Shown one piece after another: positions 14,416 through 28,200 of a DNA stretch of 64,000 nucleotides (positions are counted from its first letter, which is position 1; every line of letters begins with the position of its first letter). Source of the DNA: Octopus vulgaris. Taxonomy: Eukaryota. Position numbers and translations under genes: made by a program. The notes under the pieces are model-generated. The model saw only the letters and a list, made by a program, of their open reading frames with translations. It searched no databases and had not been told where the DNA came from. The stretch spans positions 27,714,001 through 27,778,000 of the forward strand of contig OX597821.1 in assembly GCA_951406725.2 (NCBI GenBank), given 5' to 3'.

Positions 14416-14815
14416 AATGGAACATATATATTAATTCAATCTATACTCTTACAAACGCTACACCTTTAAAAAGAGATGGACTTGTTTGATTGGCCCTTTA
14501 GAAAAAACGGTCAATCTTCGAGCGATAAACAAAAAGGTCAAAAATATATGTATATATATATAAAAAAACTTATAAAAATTATAAAATCCGAGGAAAAAAC
14601 CGAGGGAAAAACCTATTTCACTCGGTTTTTTCCTCGGATTTTATAATTTTTATAAGTTTTTTTATATATATATACATATATTTTTGACCTTTTTGTTTAT
14701 CGCTCGAATATTTGACCGTTTTTTCTTTAAAGTGACCAATCAAACAAGTCCATCTCTTTTTTAAAGGTGTAGCGTTTGTATATAATATAGATTGAATTAA
14801 TATATATGTTCCATT
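14416..14815. repeat. Long inverted repeat, arms about 190 bp, 16-nt spacer
   Basis: 14416-14604 is the reverse complement of 14621-14815. Confidence 0.95.
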
Positions 14816-15951
14816 TTGTCTGCACTTTTGTCTGTTTGTGTTCCGCTCAATCTCGTTCCGTATCCTTAACGAAACAGTTCACTCACTACCGGAAAAGACT
14901 TTGGACAGTTTATTTAATTATTACTTCTTTGTTGGATTGTGAAATGACTCATAAAAGATGTGATTATATTTTAACATTGATACATTTTTAATTCACTTCA
15001 ATTCTTCTTATTGTTTTTCTTTGTAAATTTTCCCGTCTAAAGACTTCTTTTTTATCTCTCTATCTTTCTCTCGCTTTAAACACATAAAGAGAGGAGGGAA
15101 TCAAATATTGCAAGATTTTCTCCTGGTGAGTGTCATAATGTAAAATTAAGTCATTATTTCATTTTCTAAAGTTATCTGAAAAGTCCTCCTTCCGGAAGTC
15201 ACATTCAAATGCCTTAAATGTACAAGAACATCAGTAATTGAGAAAGATTTGAATATTTAATATCTCATCGACAGAAATGTCTTTGTTTACTTGACAGCAA
15301 TTCATTGTCAATGAATTTGCTATTATCTCAGATATATAGAGTTGATGGGTACTTTCTAAATTCATATTACCACTCAGTTTTATATATTATATATTTAAGT
15401 ATAATTTCGCTTCGATTTTTTTCCTTTTTCGCGACTATAAACACCATGCATTTCTTCTACTAGCGGAAGAGTTTGAAAGAGTTTAAAAGAATAAAAATAA
15501 ATGTTAAGGAAAAATGTAGCATTAACAAATAAAATCAGTAAATTCTGATAAATTTCCAAATTGAAACTCATTTATGTATATTTTGCAATAAAGTTTATGA
15601 AAAATTACATTCTCAGGAACTTTTTGTATGATGTACCTATTTATTCAATCACTTCTTGGTAAACTTACTGGAATTGTCTGTATGTTGTTATCAAGTGAAA
15701 AGAACCGTTCTGAAACTAATAATGTATTAACATGTTCTCATCCACGACCTGAATGGATGATGAGGAAACGAGCTTCAATAATATTTTATTGTTATGTTTC
15801 CATTATATATCTTAGCAGATGTACGTATGAGAAATCATACATAAATATATGACCCAATTCTCACGAGCGTTTACAAGCGTCTACCCCTACAAATATATGT
15901 TGTGTTTGCAAGATAGATGTTATGGTGTTATATCTATTCTTTCATTTGAGG

Positions 15952-16160
15952 ACGGCGAGCTGACAGAAATATTAGTACCCCGGAGAAAATGCTTTGCGGC
16001 ATATCATCTGTCTTACATTCTGAGTTCAAATGTCGGCGAGGTCGAATTAGTATTTTTATTCTTTCGACAAAGATAAAAACAAGTACCACACAAGTACTAG
16101 CGCCAAAGTAACACATTCCCCTTCTCCCAAACCTTCTGGACATCTGCCGAAATTTGAAAA
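15952..16160 (+). mobile_element. SINE family B, decayed
   Basis: gacggcgagctgacagaa..ttctgagttcaaatgtcggcgaggtcga..aagtacca. Confidence 0.75.
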
Positions 16161-16574
16161 TCATTTCAGTTATTTCAAAAGTAACAATACATGGTTCAGA
16201 TCCATCATGCTTATAAATATAAATGATTTGTTTGATGTTAAGATATACTACACGGAGTCTATATCCGTCTCTTGGAACAGACCTTAACATATACATCTGT
16301 CTGTGTTTCAGTACAAACGAATTATGTGGTCCTAATGAAAGAAGGTCATTGATTACATAACTATTAGTGACGTAATCGCATGAAATACGCCTGTGATTAA
16401 CTGAATTGGAAATACCAATAATTATTTCCTGTACTTGTACTGACATCGTAGGACAATATCTTTGTGAATTTTGCATATATTTGCATGGGTAATATGAATA
16501 AGGCGCAATACTAGGCGTAGATGGATAAACAGACTAAAACATCATTGAAATACAAACATATACACCCTATATAT

Positions 16575-17135
16575 ATAACTTAGAATAACTTAGATATGTT
16601 TCGACCAAAGATTGGTCCAGACCATGTCTAACTTAATAGCACCACCTGATAGGATTATTCGAAGCCTGTTTAAGTCAAGTTTTGTTTAAGTCAAATTTTG
16701 TTCAAGTAGTGAGTTCTTGTTGGGTGAGTTGTATCCAATTATGGGTGGCGTATCTGGTATTCTTTGAAGGAATCTATCCAGAATCCGTTTAAAGTTGATG
16801 GGATCATTTTCCTCTTTGATCTTCCTCGGGACAATGTTAAATAGGGCAGGGCCTTTTGAGGAAAAGAAATTATGTTGCAGTGTACACGTATGTTGTGATC
16901 TTGAATTGGTCAGGGGACGTATGGCCCGTGGTCCCAGTCTTGGATGAACCTTGAAGCTAATGTTAAGATCGTTTGGGCAAAGTTGGCGGTATATTCTCCA
17001 CATCGTACAAATGATGTACCGCTCATGGCGACGCTGGAGGGAGTAAAGTTTCAAGGCTTTAAGGCGATCCTAATAATCGAGAGCAGCCATGCCTTCAATT
17101 TGTTTAGTGAGTGCCCTCTGGGGTGACTCAATTAT
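16575..17135 (-). mobile_element. 5'-truncated CR1/L2-group LINE: ORF2 C-terminus, 3' UTR and short repeat tail
   Basis: ORF 16686-17054 KLYSLQRRHERY...FFSSKGPALFNIVP...FKRILDRFL; tail repeat TAAGTTATTC. Confidence 0.85.
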
Positions 17136-17380
17136 GATATTAATAATATGAAAGCGATAGCTTGTCATATAAATAATTAGTAGAACGAAATAAGTGGTTT
17201 GATGCTCACTGTGACCGTCTCATAAAGGTAGAAAAAATATATATATATATATATATATATATAATAATAATAAATATTAGGGAATGAATTATATATATAT
17301 ATATATATATATATAATTGTATACCTATATCTCTATATCTATGTCTGTAGCTATTTCTACACAAAATATGTGCACATATG

Positions 17381-17409
<29 letters not shown>

Positions 17410-17416
<7 letters not shown>

Positions 17417-17765
17417 CGCGAGAATGAAGCAACAAGAATGGATAGGTTTTTAGTACAATCGTTTCATACAAGGACAGGTTTTATTAAAAGTTGCAAAAAT
17501 TACAGCATTTAAACGTGTCCCGTACTCATCAGCTAAAATACATGTGAGTTCTCTAGACATCCTAGTGGTTGAGGCTATACTCATGAAGTAATGTAGGTAA
17601 TTAAGTAACATAAACAGATTTCAAAAGTTCATTAAAGTTCTTTAAAGATGATGTACAGTCTTATCACAGAATTTTAAAAAAAGTCTTAATAGCATCACAG
17701 AGAAGGTGACCCAATCCATAGTGCACATATGAATTTCCAGAGATATGATGAGGGATTACATACTC
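17410..17765 (-). mobile_element. Penelope-type pLTR fragment ending in a (TA)n tract
   Basis: Contains the hammerhead at 17446-17540 and terminates in (TA)n. Confidence 0.55.
17446..17540 (-). ncRNA. Type I hammerhead motif with an extended stem II
   Basis: Reverse strand: TTTTAG-CTGATGA-GTAC GGGACA..TGTCCT TGTAT-GAAA-CGATTG-TA-CTAAAA. Confidence 0.8.
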
Positions 17766-18624
17766 ACAGAATTGGCTCTGTTGATAAGGGTCCTCAATCG
17801 ATACGCCTGTTGAGTCTACCAACGTTGCAATCTGGTTGTTCAAGCGGGAATTCCGCTGGACATGGGCAAAGAAGGTTTTTGGATTGCTACTGGCATTTGC
17901 CGCGATTTTGTATTCATAACTGAAGCCTTCTTTCTTTTCCATTTTCACGGCTCGGTCTAGTTGAGTTTTGTACACCTCAAAAGCTGCAGTCGAATCCAGA
18001 TTTTTGAATTCAGCCCAAGCAATATCTCTGAGTCGACGTTCTTCGTCACCCAGGGCTTGTGTTTCTTCTTCTTGGGAAGCCCAACGGGAACTGCCTGGTC
18101 AGTCAACCAGATTACATATGCTTTGAGGGATGACCATACTCTGTCAACTGAGGACAACGTCATCAGGGATCGCCAGTCCAGAAGCGCGGAAGCCTCGGTT
18201 AGAATTTCAAGATTAATTGCAGAGAAGAATCTACGTGGCAGCGAAGTAGTCGTGGGCGTAGAAAAAGTTGTGTGCATGACGAACTTCAGGACCGCATGAT
18301 CACTCTTGGCAAGAGGGGCGCACACAGATACGTCTGACACTGATCTTGGATAGCGGGAGAATACCAGATCTAGCATAGATGGCTGCTGCCCAGACCGATG
18401 CCTTGTAGGATATTCAACATGTTGCGATAGAAAACAATCTTCAGCCACGTCAAGAAGAGCCTGGCCGAACCGGGAAGATGTTGTACAAATTGATGCGGGC
18501 CAATCGATCGTGGGAGCGTTGAAGTCTCCTAGTACCAAACAGTCATGCGAAGCTGAAACGAATCTTATCGCTTCGAGTAAATGAGCATCGTCCTGGGGGT
18601 CGGCAAGAGGCGGCCTGTAGACAG

Positions 18625-18627
<3 letters not shown>
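17766..18627 (-). mobile_element. CR1-group LINE fragment: APE endonuclease and linker
   Basis: ORF 17957-18799 AVYRPP, LVLGDFNAP, PTRHR..MLDLVF, KSDH, KPWVT; continues via a frameshift into 17664-17975 SNPKTFFAHV. Confidence 0.9.
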
Positions 18628-18701
<74 letters not shown>

Positions 18702-19119
18702 ATTATGTATGTATGCATGTATATATACATACATACGTACATGCATATATATATATGCAAATAATCCTGTTGGTTCACTGAGAATTGAAGAACACACAAT
18801 GTAAACGAGGAATAATATTTATTACATTATAACTGAAAGACACTTATCGTCATCATCCTGAGTTTATGGATCCGCTCACTTAGTTTGAAATCTTAGCCAG
18901 TTCCCTTTTTAACATCTTTAGATTTGAATTCATTTCCATACATTATATGAAAAATTGCACAAGCGAATGGTATCAAAAATATGATCATGTATATTTTATT
19001 TTGAAACATCTTATTTTCAGTTCTTTTCTGGCTCACGCTGGAATACGCCAAAATCTAACACCTCATAAACTATAAGTTCTGCGTCATTATTATAAACACG
19101 GCGTTCTGGAACAGTTGTT

Positions 19120-19255
19120 AGGACATCGGAAAATTTGTTTTAGCAGTATTTTGTCTGTCTGTGTTTGAATTCCACCGAGGTCGACTTCGCATTTCTTGCT
19201 TTCGGCGTCGATAAATAAGTAGGTCAAAATTTTTCATACTGCCAGAATGAAGACA
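19120..19255 (+). mobile_element. SINE family B remnant
   Basis: ttagcagtatttt..gaattccaccgaggtcgactt..gtcgataaataagta. Confidence 0.6.
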
Positions 19256-19815
19256 ACAAAGTAAGTCATGTAATTGTGTCGCTGTACTTGACGGCCGCCA
19301 TTTCGATCCATTTATGCTTGTGTAGGTTTGTATATATTTGTGTGTGCGTGTGCGTGGGTGTGCATGTGTGTGAGTGTGTGTGTGTGTATGTGTGTGTGTG
19401 CGTGTGTGTGTTATTAGTTTTATTACCTTAAAACACTTCTGTGTCTTCTTCAAGTGTCTAATGTCACATTATTTTCAGAAATTGATTCTTTTTACATTTG
19501 ACTTTGTTTCATAGCATACACGTGTGAAGTTTGCACTTTGAAATTAATGTTTCAAACCAATAGTTGATAGTATCATGTTCTTCAGTAAACACGTGACTTT
19601 TGACATCATTTGAAGCTGCCTTGTAAACAGAAAATATATTCGATTAACAAATATAACTTATTTATACTGATGTCTTAGTTTTAGACAGCCGTTTTGCTAA
19701 AAATCGATAAGCAATCACTTGATTATCAATATTGACATTGCATCTCCTGCGATGTGCAAATATAATTTAACCGAAGAAATATCACTATTTCATCTGTATA
19801 CACTTTATATGATAG

Positions 19816-19816
19816 A

Positions 19817-19854
<38 letters not shown>

Positions 19855-19955
19855 GTATATATGTATATATATATATGTATATATATGTATATATGTATGT
19901 ATATATATATGTATATATATGTATATATATACGTATGTATATATATATATATATA

Positions 19956-20000
<45 letters not shown>

Positions 20001-20065
20001 TTATATATATATATATGTATGTATATATGTATGGAATGTGTGTGCGTGTATGTATGAGTGTGATA
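19816..20065. repeat. Compound (CA)n/(TA)n/(TG)n microsatellite
   Basis: Direct reading. Confidence 0.95.
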
Positions 20066-21245
20066 TATACATTTACAGGTTGTAAGCGACCTATTTTCAG
20101 TAACTGTTTATGTTGACCAACATCCATTATGCCTGTGTATTTTGCTTAATGCAAATGCATATGCACATTGAGATTCTTTCATTATGATCAACAGTAAAAG
20201 CATAAGTGTATACTACGCATCTATAGTAAACACGCAAAATAAATATATAAACAGTTCATTGTAATATATTTAGTTGGCGAAGTAGTAAGTGTATTGTTCG
20301 GCCCCGTGTATATTTATGCTACATTTATTCATACTATCAGAGATCTTGAACTATATACTGAAACTAATTTTGTAGCCTATCTTTAAATTAACATCGCTAG
20401 ACTCACCAAATTAAGATTTTGTTAAAATCTTATTTGAATTGTCACTATTTATGGGTCAATGTGGTGCCCTAAAATAATATATATTTACCTATCATGTGCC
20501 GCGTGCCCACCATTTCTACTCTATCTCTTTGTGAGAATCTATATGTGCGCGTTTCAACTATTGCGTTTCGTTGCCTAAAGAATTGGTTGTGATTGGAAAT
20601 TGATTTGAATGCTATATTGCTCGAATATGTAAATGGGTTTCTCCTAAGGGGCTTCTGTTACTTTGGAAAATGTAAAGAAAAAGGTAATTTTTTTAATGAC
20701 AATAATACACATTTGTGCACTGCAACTTAATGACAAGTAAAATATTATTTGTTTTATTGAGCATAGTGTGGGATCTTTATCTGCATTATAATTTCAAGAA
20801 ATATATGTCTCCTACAACTGAACATTAATCTGTGGACGAGTAGTTTTGCCATATGAACAAATTCCTTATGGTTTTCAATATAAGAAAAGTAACAAGGCTT
20901 TCAAGTTAATAATATGAAAGCGATAGCTTGTCATATAAATCATTAGTAGAACGAGATAAGTGGTTTGATGCTCACAGCTGATCAGTGACCGTCTCATAAA
21001 GATAGAAAACATTTAACATGCCCAAAAGAAAATCAAAACAACGTAACAATAATCTATAGTCTTCACATCCAATTTTATTTGAAATACAATTTATGTTGGA
21101 AAATCTAATTTATGCATACTGAGAGGAAAAAACACTTTAGAAAAATACATGCATTTGTTTTCGTTTGTGTGTGTGTGTGTTGTGCTAGTGTGTATAGGTA
21201 ATTTATTTTAATGAATAAACATAAAGTACAGCGGCGCTGCTGAAG

Positions 21246-21306
21246 ATCATCGTCGTCGTCGTCGTCGTCATCGTCGTCGTCGTTGTCGTCGTCGTCATCG
21301 TCATCG

Positions 21307-21349
<43 letters not shown>

Positions 21350-21360
21350 TATTATTATTT
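21246..21360. repeat. (CGT)n(CAT)n(TTA)n compound triplet microsatellite
   Basis: Direct reading. Confidence 0.95.
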
Positions 21361-22536
21361 TTTTTTCTTCTTTCAAATTTGCTTCCATTTCTTGCCGAGT
21401 GTCTTCCCGACTCCTAGGGCAAAGAAACTCATAGTATACATTGGTAGGCCATTAAACTAAACTCAATAGTTCGTTCATTTTTTTTTTAAGTTAAATTAAA
21501 ATACATGGGTAATAATAATTCTCACATTCGACAATGCTCTTCTCAATACGTGTGATGTACCAGTTAAGACAATCTTTTGCACTTTTTGCAGGGATGGTAA
21601 GCAAGGGATCATTCTCATATAATTTTCGGTTCCCTTCTTGATCATTCCTAGTGCTCCTACGATCACTGGTATTGTAACCGCCTTGAGATGCCACATTTTC
21701 TCAATTTCAATGAGCAGGTCTTTATATTTTCTGAGCTTGTCAAACTCTTTCGCCGAGACATTATGATCACAGGGGATGCTCATGTCAATCAATAAGGAAA
21801 CTTTATTGTTTTTGTCTTTCACAACAATATCTGGTTTATTGGTTTTGATGGTTCGGTCTGTATGTACTGGAAAGTCCCACAGAATCGTTACACTTTCTCC
21901 TTCAGTTACAGCCTCAGTGTGGTGATTATACCACTTGTCGGCAGTTTTGATATTGTAATGCCGACTTATTAGCCAGTGTAGATATTTGGCAACACTGTCA
22001 TGTCTTAATTTATACTCCACTGGTGCTAAGACTTTACATCCAGAGATTAGGTGCTCCACTGTTTCAATCATGTCATTGCAGAATCGGCATTTTGGGTCTG
22101 CTCCATTTTTCATTACATTGGCCTGGTAGTTCCGGGTTAATAGGCTTTGATCTTGAGCAGCCAGGATGAAACCTTCGCTCTATGCTTTTAGCCCTGAGCT
22201 CCGTAGCCACTTATGGGTTTGCTTCTGGTCAACATCAGCTTGTTTGCTACGGGCCACATATTTGCCGTGTAGAGGTTTCTCCTCCCACCTATCAGCCAAT
22301 TGCTCGTGCACTTTTTTCGTTGCCATTTTTTTCACCTTCTTTGCAACAATAGTTGCCGTACATCCCTCGGGTTGTTCAGTTTGGGTATCCTGCACGATAT
22401 CAATAGCAATTTTTTTGTTTTCCTTGATGATAGAATGAAGCTTCTTTCGTCTCTCGTGATTTTCCACGAGCTTTAGCATCGAATCATTCGTTATTTCAAG
22501 ATATTTTGCCAGTCCAATTGTGGTTGTTTTGTATAT
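21360..22536 (-). mobile_element. 5'-truncated R4/Dong RLE retrotransposon (family B): CCHC, PD-(D/E)xK endonuclease and 3' UTR
   Basis: ORF 21496-22113 CRFCNDMIETVEHLISGC..RHD..KPDIVVKD..LIDMSIP..KEFDKLRKYKDL; ORF 22180-22572 WEEKPLHGKY; both ends in TAA-type tracts. Confidence 0.93.
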
Positions 22537-22568
22537 CATTATTATTATTATTATCATCATCATCATCA

Positions 22569-22673
<105 letters not shown>

Positions 22674-22674
22674 T

Positions 22675-23357
22675 TGTTTATTGCCTTTGCACAGCTTCTA
22701 ATGCTGGATATGTACTACAGTATCAGTTGTTCACTACCTGTGAACTACCGTAGTACAACTTTTTCGAGCAGCTACCGGAGATTGCGAGCGTTCCAAGCAG
22801 TGCTTTTTTCTGGAAGTATTCCACTCTTATTGCAGTACCTATTTGTTCCAAGGTTTTTACACACTGTTCCCGGGGCTTCGGCAATTATTGGTAAAATTAC
22901 CCAAGCTAACCTGTTATATCTATCGCCTTTTTTCCTTCCTAACCGTATACCTTGTTGTGAGCTGGACATGCTATATGTATGATCTAGCCTCGTTTACTTC
23001 TTTTCTCAAGTAAAACTATGTCTGGTTTCCTATTCTCTATTTCATGGTCGCACCGAATCATAAAATCCGATATGATCTTTGCGTTATCATCTTCGATGAT
23101 GTCTTCGGTTTTATGTACGTGCGGCTTTTTTGCTCTCTCAAGTCCCTACATCTTGCAAAGTCTCAAATGGACAATCCTTGCTATATAGTCATGACGTCTC
23201 TTATAGTATTTCTGGGCTAGTGGCGTACATTAAATTATATTATGTCATACTGTTTCAGTATTTTGCCACGCATTCTCCACTTATCAGTTTCTGATATCTT
23301 GTCTATTCTATATTTGATGTAACTAGCTCTTAATTATTGCTGTTGGGTAGCACAGAC
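22675..23357 (-). mobile_element. Decayed R4/Dong 3' fragment of a third family
   Basis: Reverse strand encodes PLAQKYYKRRHDYIARIVHL..CDHEIENRKPDIVL; 3' end at a (TAC/TAA)n tract. Confidence 0.8.
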
Positions 23358-23733
23358 CATGAAGAAAAAGAATGCTTTCTAATTGATGTATCAATACCAG
23401 CAGATGCCAACGTATCTCTAAAAGCAATGGAGAACCTTTCAGAATACAAAACCTGGAAACTCGAATGTGGAATCTAGAAACGGAAACAATTCCTATCATA
23501 GTCGGCGCATTAAGTATGATAAAAAATGTTCAGACAAATACATAACAAAATCACCAGGACTTACAAATATATATAATATACAGAAAATTGCACTACTGGG
23601 CACAGCACACTTCCTACGCAAAACACATTCCTACAGTAACTATAAGAGCATCACTGCAAACTACAGCACATACCCAAGGCACACAGATCTGCGCTAGGTA
23701 GTGATGTGAAAGCACGATATAAAAATAAAACTA

Positions 23734-23740
<7 letters not shown>
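23355..23740 (+). mobile_element. R4/Dong family C 3' end
   Basis: DHEEKECFLIDVSIPAD..YNIQKIALLGTAH; 3' UTR ends ACTACTGAA(TAA)n; homologous to 50250-50650. Confidence 0.9.
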
Positions 23741-23811
<71 letters not shown>

Positions 23812-23827
23812 TATAATAATAATAATA

Positions 23828-23862
<35 letters not shown>

Positions 23863-23962
23863 AATGATGATGATGATGATGATGATGATGTTGATGATTA
23901 TGATGATGATGATGATGATGATGATGATTATGATGATTATGATGATGATGATGATGATGATG
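23738..23962. repeat. (TAA)n(TGA)n microsatellite
   Basis: Direct reading. Confidence 0.95.
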
Positions 23963-23964
23963 GC

Positions 23965-24560
23965 CTAAAATGTAGCAGTAAGAATGAACAAAAGACACCC
24001 AAATAGCGACAAACTTATCACTGATGCAAAACACATCAAAGAAAATGTAAAGAAGGCTTGCATGAATAATATCGAGGACAACTGGAAAGGTACACTCCTA
24101 CATGGGACATACGCTAAACTGCCTGTTGAAGCCAGATATTGATCTAACGTACCAATGGCTACAAGGGACAGGTCTGAAAGGGGAAACACAAGGTTTTTTT
24201 TTTATTGCAGCGCAAGATCGGAGATTACCTGCCAGAAACTACCATGCAAACGTCTTTAAAGACGGATCTGACCCCTCGTGCAGAATTTACGGAAATTTCA
24301 CAGAGAATTAATCATGTTATTTCTGGTTTACCAGTCCTCGCTGAAAAGGAGTGCCTCATAAGACATGACAGATTAGGGCAGTGCATCCACTGGAATAATT
24401 GTAAACACTACAAAATTAAATCCCATGATATGTGGTACATGCACCATCCAGAATATGCAATAATTGGGGAGGGCGACACCATCCTTTCAAACTTACCATT
24501 ACAAACAGAGAGAAAAAGTGACTCCAACCGACCAGACATTGTGATCAATGCTCTCGAAAA
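23965..24560 (+). mobile_element. Decayed R4/Dong fragment
   Basis: WLQGTGLKGETQGF..AAQD..SCRIY; IRHDRLGQCIHW; SNRPDIVI. Confidence 0.85.
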
Positions 24561-26009
24561 ACAAATATCAACAATTATCATCCCCCATTTCTTCTCTCTC
24601 TTATCTTAGATCATTTGCCTTATTTCTTGTTTATTCTTATACAAAATCACACATATATTGTCCTTGATGATTCCTAAAGTTTTATCCAAAGTCAATGCAC
24701 TTTGTGTAAACCTACATCCTCGTAATATTTGTGATTTGCTCACATTCGCAGTTTGCGCTACAATATTAATTATAAGAAGTAATTCAAAACGCATCCTAAG
24801 AATCATATGAACGATATCTTATATAGGCAGCAAGTTTCACATTTCGGGAAGGTGTATACTCGATTATATTCTTCCACCATTTAAATCATATTCCTCGACC
24901 TGTTTCTGGAAGTATGAAAAGTTTGCCGACACCTACCGAATTTGAACTTGGAACACATTTGCAGAACAACCCTCAGCTACATAAAGACATAGGATTAAAT
25001 TAAATTAAAGCAAACGAACACATTAGTAGAATTTTGTCTAAAATCTCCAAGAACTTAAGGAGATAGACAAAGAACATGCTGCTTTCACTTTCACTTAGAA
25101 GCTACTAAGGTATCAGGAAGAAAGACTTGTTACAGATTGTGCTTGTCATCTGTTTTATGGTGTCAGTTTTAATTAATAGACAATTTTTTTATCAAAACCT
25201 TGTATATCTAGGGCCGAGAGAACAGTACAGTGCCTGTATGGGGTATGGCTGAGGGAGTCGACAGAAATCCTAGTGGGTATAGTCATAAAAATCAAGGTTT
25301 TTTTTAAACAATATCATGAGATTTGGTAAAGGAAAACTTAAATCAAGATGTTAGCTGGCAATTAAGGGGACTGGCCACTAGCAGGTCATTCTTAATGAAA
25401 CAGGGGAAATCTGATCATGTTGTACTATAGTTAATATTTTAAGCAATACTGCTATATTGTATAAAGTTAAAGTTTAGAATTATTCAGAAGAAGAATTATA
25501 ACAAAAGGATAAAAGGTTTTATGGATACCTTTTGAGTATATACTAAATTTTTACCACAAAAGAGGGAGGAAAAGAAATTACCCAGAAATAGTTTAATATT
25601 TATACATATTATAAACTTAAATATTAACTTATCAGATGGTATAAGTGAATATTGATCAATTGATATTACTGGTATTTAATATAGGTGCACAGAGGTAAAA
25701 TAACATGCTAACCATATATTAATTTAATTATAATCTAAGCAGTTTATTTTAAGTAGTGAATATACCGGTATTGCCTTAATTTTAATTAAATTTCATGTTT
25801 TTGAACAGTTGAGAATTGATCTGCATTGAAATTGATGTAATTGTTGCATTGTTCAATTAAATGTAGTTGCATGAAACGATCATACTGCATATCCTTGTTG
25901 CTTATTTTGATTCTAATCAACTTATTTTGAAATTGTATCGATAATACCGTACTAAATCCTGATGTCTCAACTTAAGAACCATATTCATCTGAATTTTAAT
26001 TTTTGCTAA

Positions 26010-26078
<69 letters not shown>

Positions 26079-27824
26079 TTAAAACCATGCATAATTGATA
26101 TATTAATAAATTCAAAATGAAACAAAGACGAAAATGTTTTCACAAGTTAATACAAAATACGAAATAAACAATATTAAACAAATTGTGGGTCACAGAAGTC
26201 GCAGTTAACCTACTGATAATAATATATCTATGAGAATACTTTGTAAACAAATATTGTAGCTTTTTATTTATTGAATTTTTCAGCTCGTTTTATAGCGGAC
26301 AACAAATGTATTTGCTTTGTTGTGAAGAGGATAACATAGGTGTAAAGTATTGACACCGCATCGCTCATTATATCGATTGGAGTCTGGTAGAGTTTCCCTA
26401 CCAATTCAGGCATGAAAAATATTAACTAACATCAGGTTTCATATGAAAATTGATTTGGTGAGAAGTTGATATTTAGTTTGTAATGTGCCTACGTTAGTTT
26501 GTCTTCGTAGAGATAAAAGTTTGTAAAAATTTAAGTAATATCATTTGACTACGATTAGAATACAGCTTGCATTACAGTATTAAAGAAAGATATCCAAGTC
26601 AATCCCTTGTAAACAAAGAATAAATAGAATTACGTTATTTTCTTTTAAATCTTTAGTTTCTCCTGGATATTAGACTCTTTACAAATTAAAGAAAAGATTA
26701 TTGCATTTACTACGATTTACTTGTCAGCTACTATGTTACACATGTTTCTCAATATATTTGGAGGGATTTGATTGCGTAAATAACGCGTTAACTAATTGCT
26801 TGTATGTTCCGTTAACTGCTCTAAATTGTATTTTGCCTGAAATGAATTTTCAACAATTTGTAATGACCTTTCAATCACTTCGATTATGAGCATTTTATAA
26901 TATTCTCAAAATTGGATATTCGTCTCCATTTTACAATCATAGTGTCCCAGCAGATTTCAGATTAAAATGAAACCATTTTCGAAAGGGCACTAAATTGTAT
27001 AACACACACACAAAAAAAAATATCTCATCAAATTTGCAATTTCGAGATTTGTATTCAAACAGCTTAATGGACTTGAGAAAAATGAGTGTTTTTAACGGTC
27101 GTAATAATATGAGCCAGGCCAATATTCACGCCCTATCAGGTTTTAGCATAATTAATTGTGATTGATATAGAAAAACAAATCTTTCCGATGCCGCAACAAG
27201 TGCAGTTTAGGTTTGATTTCTTGAATCACACACGATGTTTTATAGATATAGAACAATCAAAATAACATTGACTTGAAAGAAATCTGCGAGAACCTGCGAC
27301 GGACACTTAAGGTTTTAGCAAGAATCAATTTAAATTATTCCAAAATAATTTATTGCTACATTATCATTAATCTAGTAAATTAAGTTTGATTTGAAGTAGG
27401 CAAATCCCGTTAAAACTCTCGTCATTCAATATTACCGAGTTTTCTTTTCAACTGGAGAAGCTTTATAGTCATACAATTCTGACATAATTACAATAAGTAC
27501 AATTGTATCATTGGAAGCCTAACGAACGTCTACTTATTATAGTTACTATATAGTAATAGCCACCACGTTTTATATCGCTTGGATATGAAACCATACTTGT
27601 AAGATTTACTGGTGCTTGAAGCCCATGAATGTTTTGACAATTGCCTTACATGCACATAACTAATATTCTGTTTAAATGCTACTACTAAAAATATTTTCAA
27701 AGGTTCACTTTCGTATTAATATTTTCAATTCACTGTCATAGATTGTATAGCAATTATCCTTTAGCATAAACTATTCACATATAACAGTCTCTCATCTTGA
27801 AGTACAACATTTTGGTAATGTGTC

Positions 27825-28200
<376 letters not shown>

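Noticed and set aside
19719-20116. Many YI/CV/HT-repeat ORFs here and across the window
   Set aside because: Dinucleotide and tetranucleotide microsatellites lack stop codons; these are not genes
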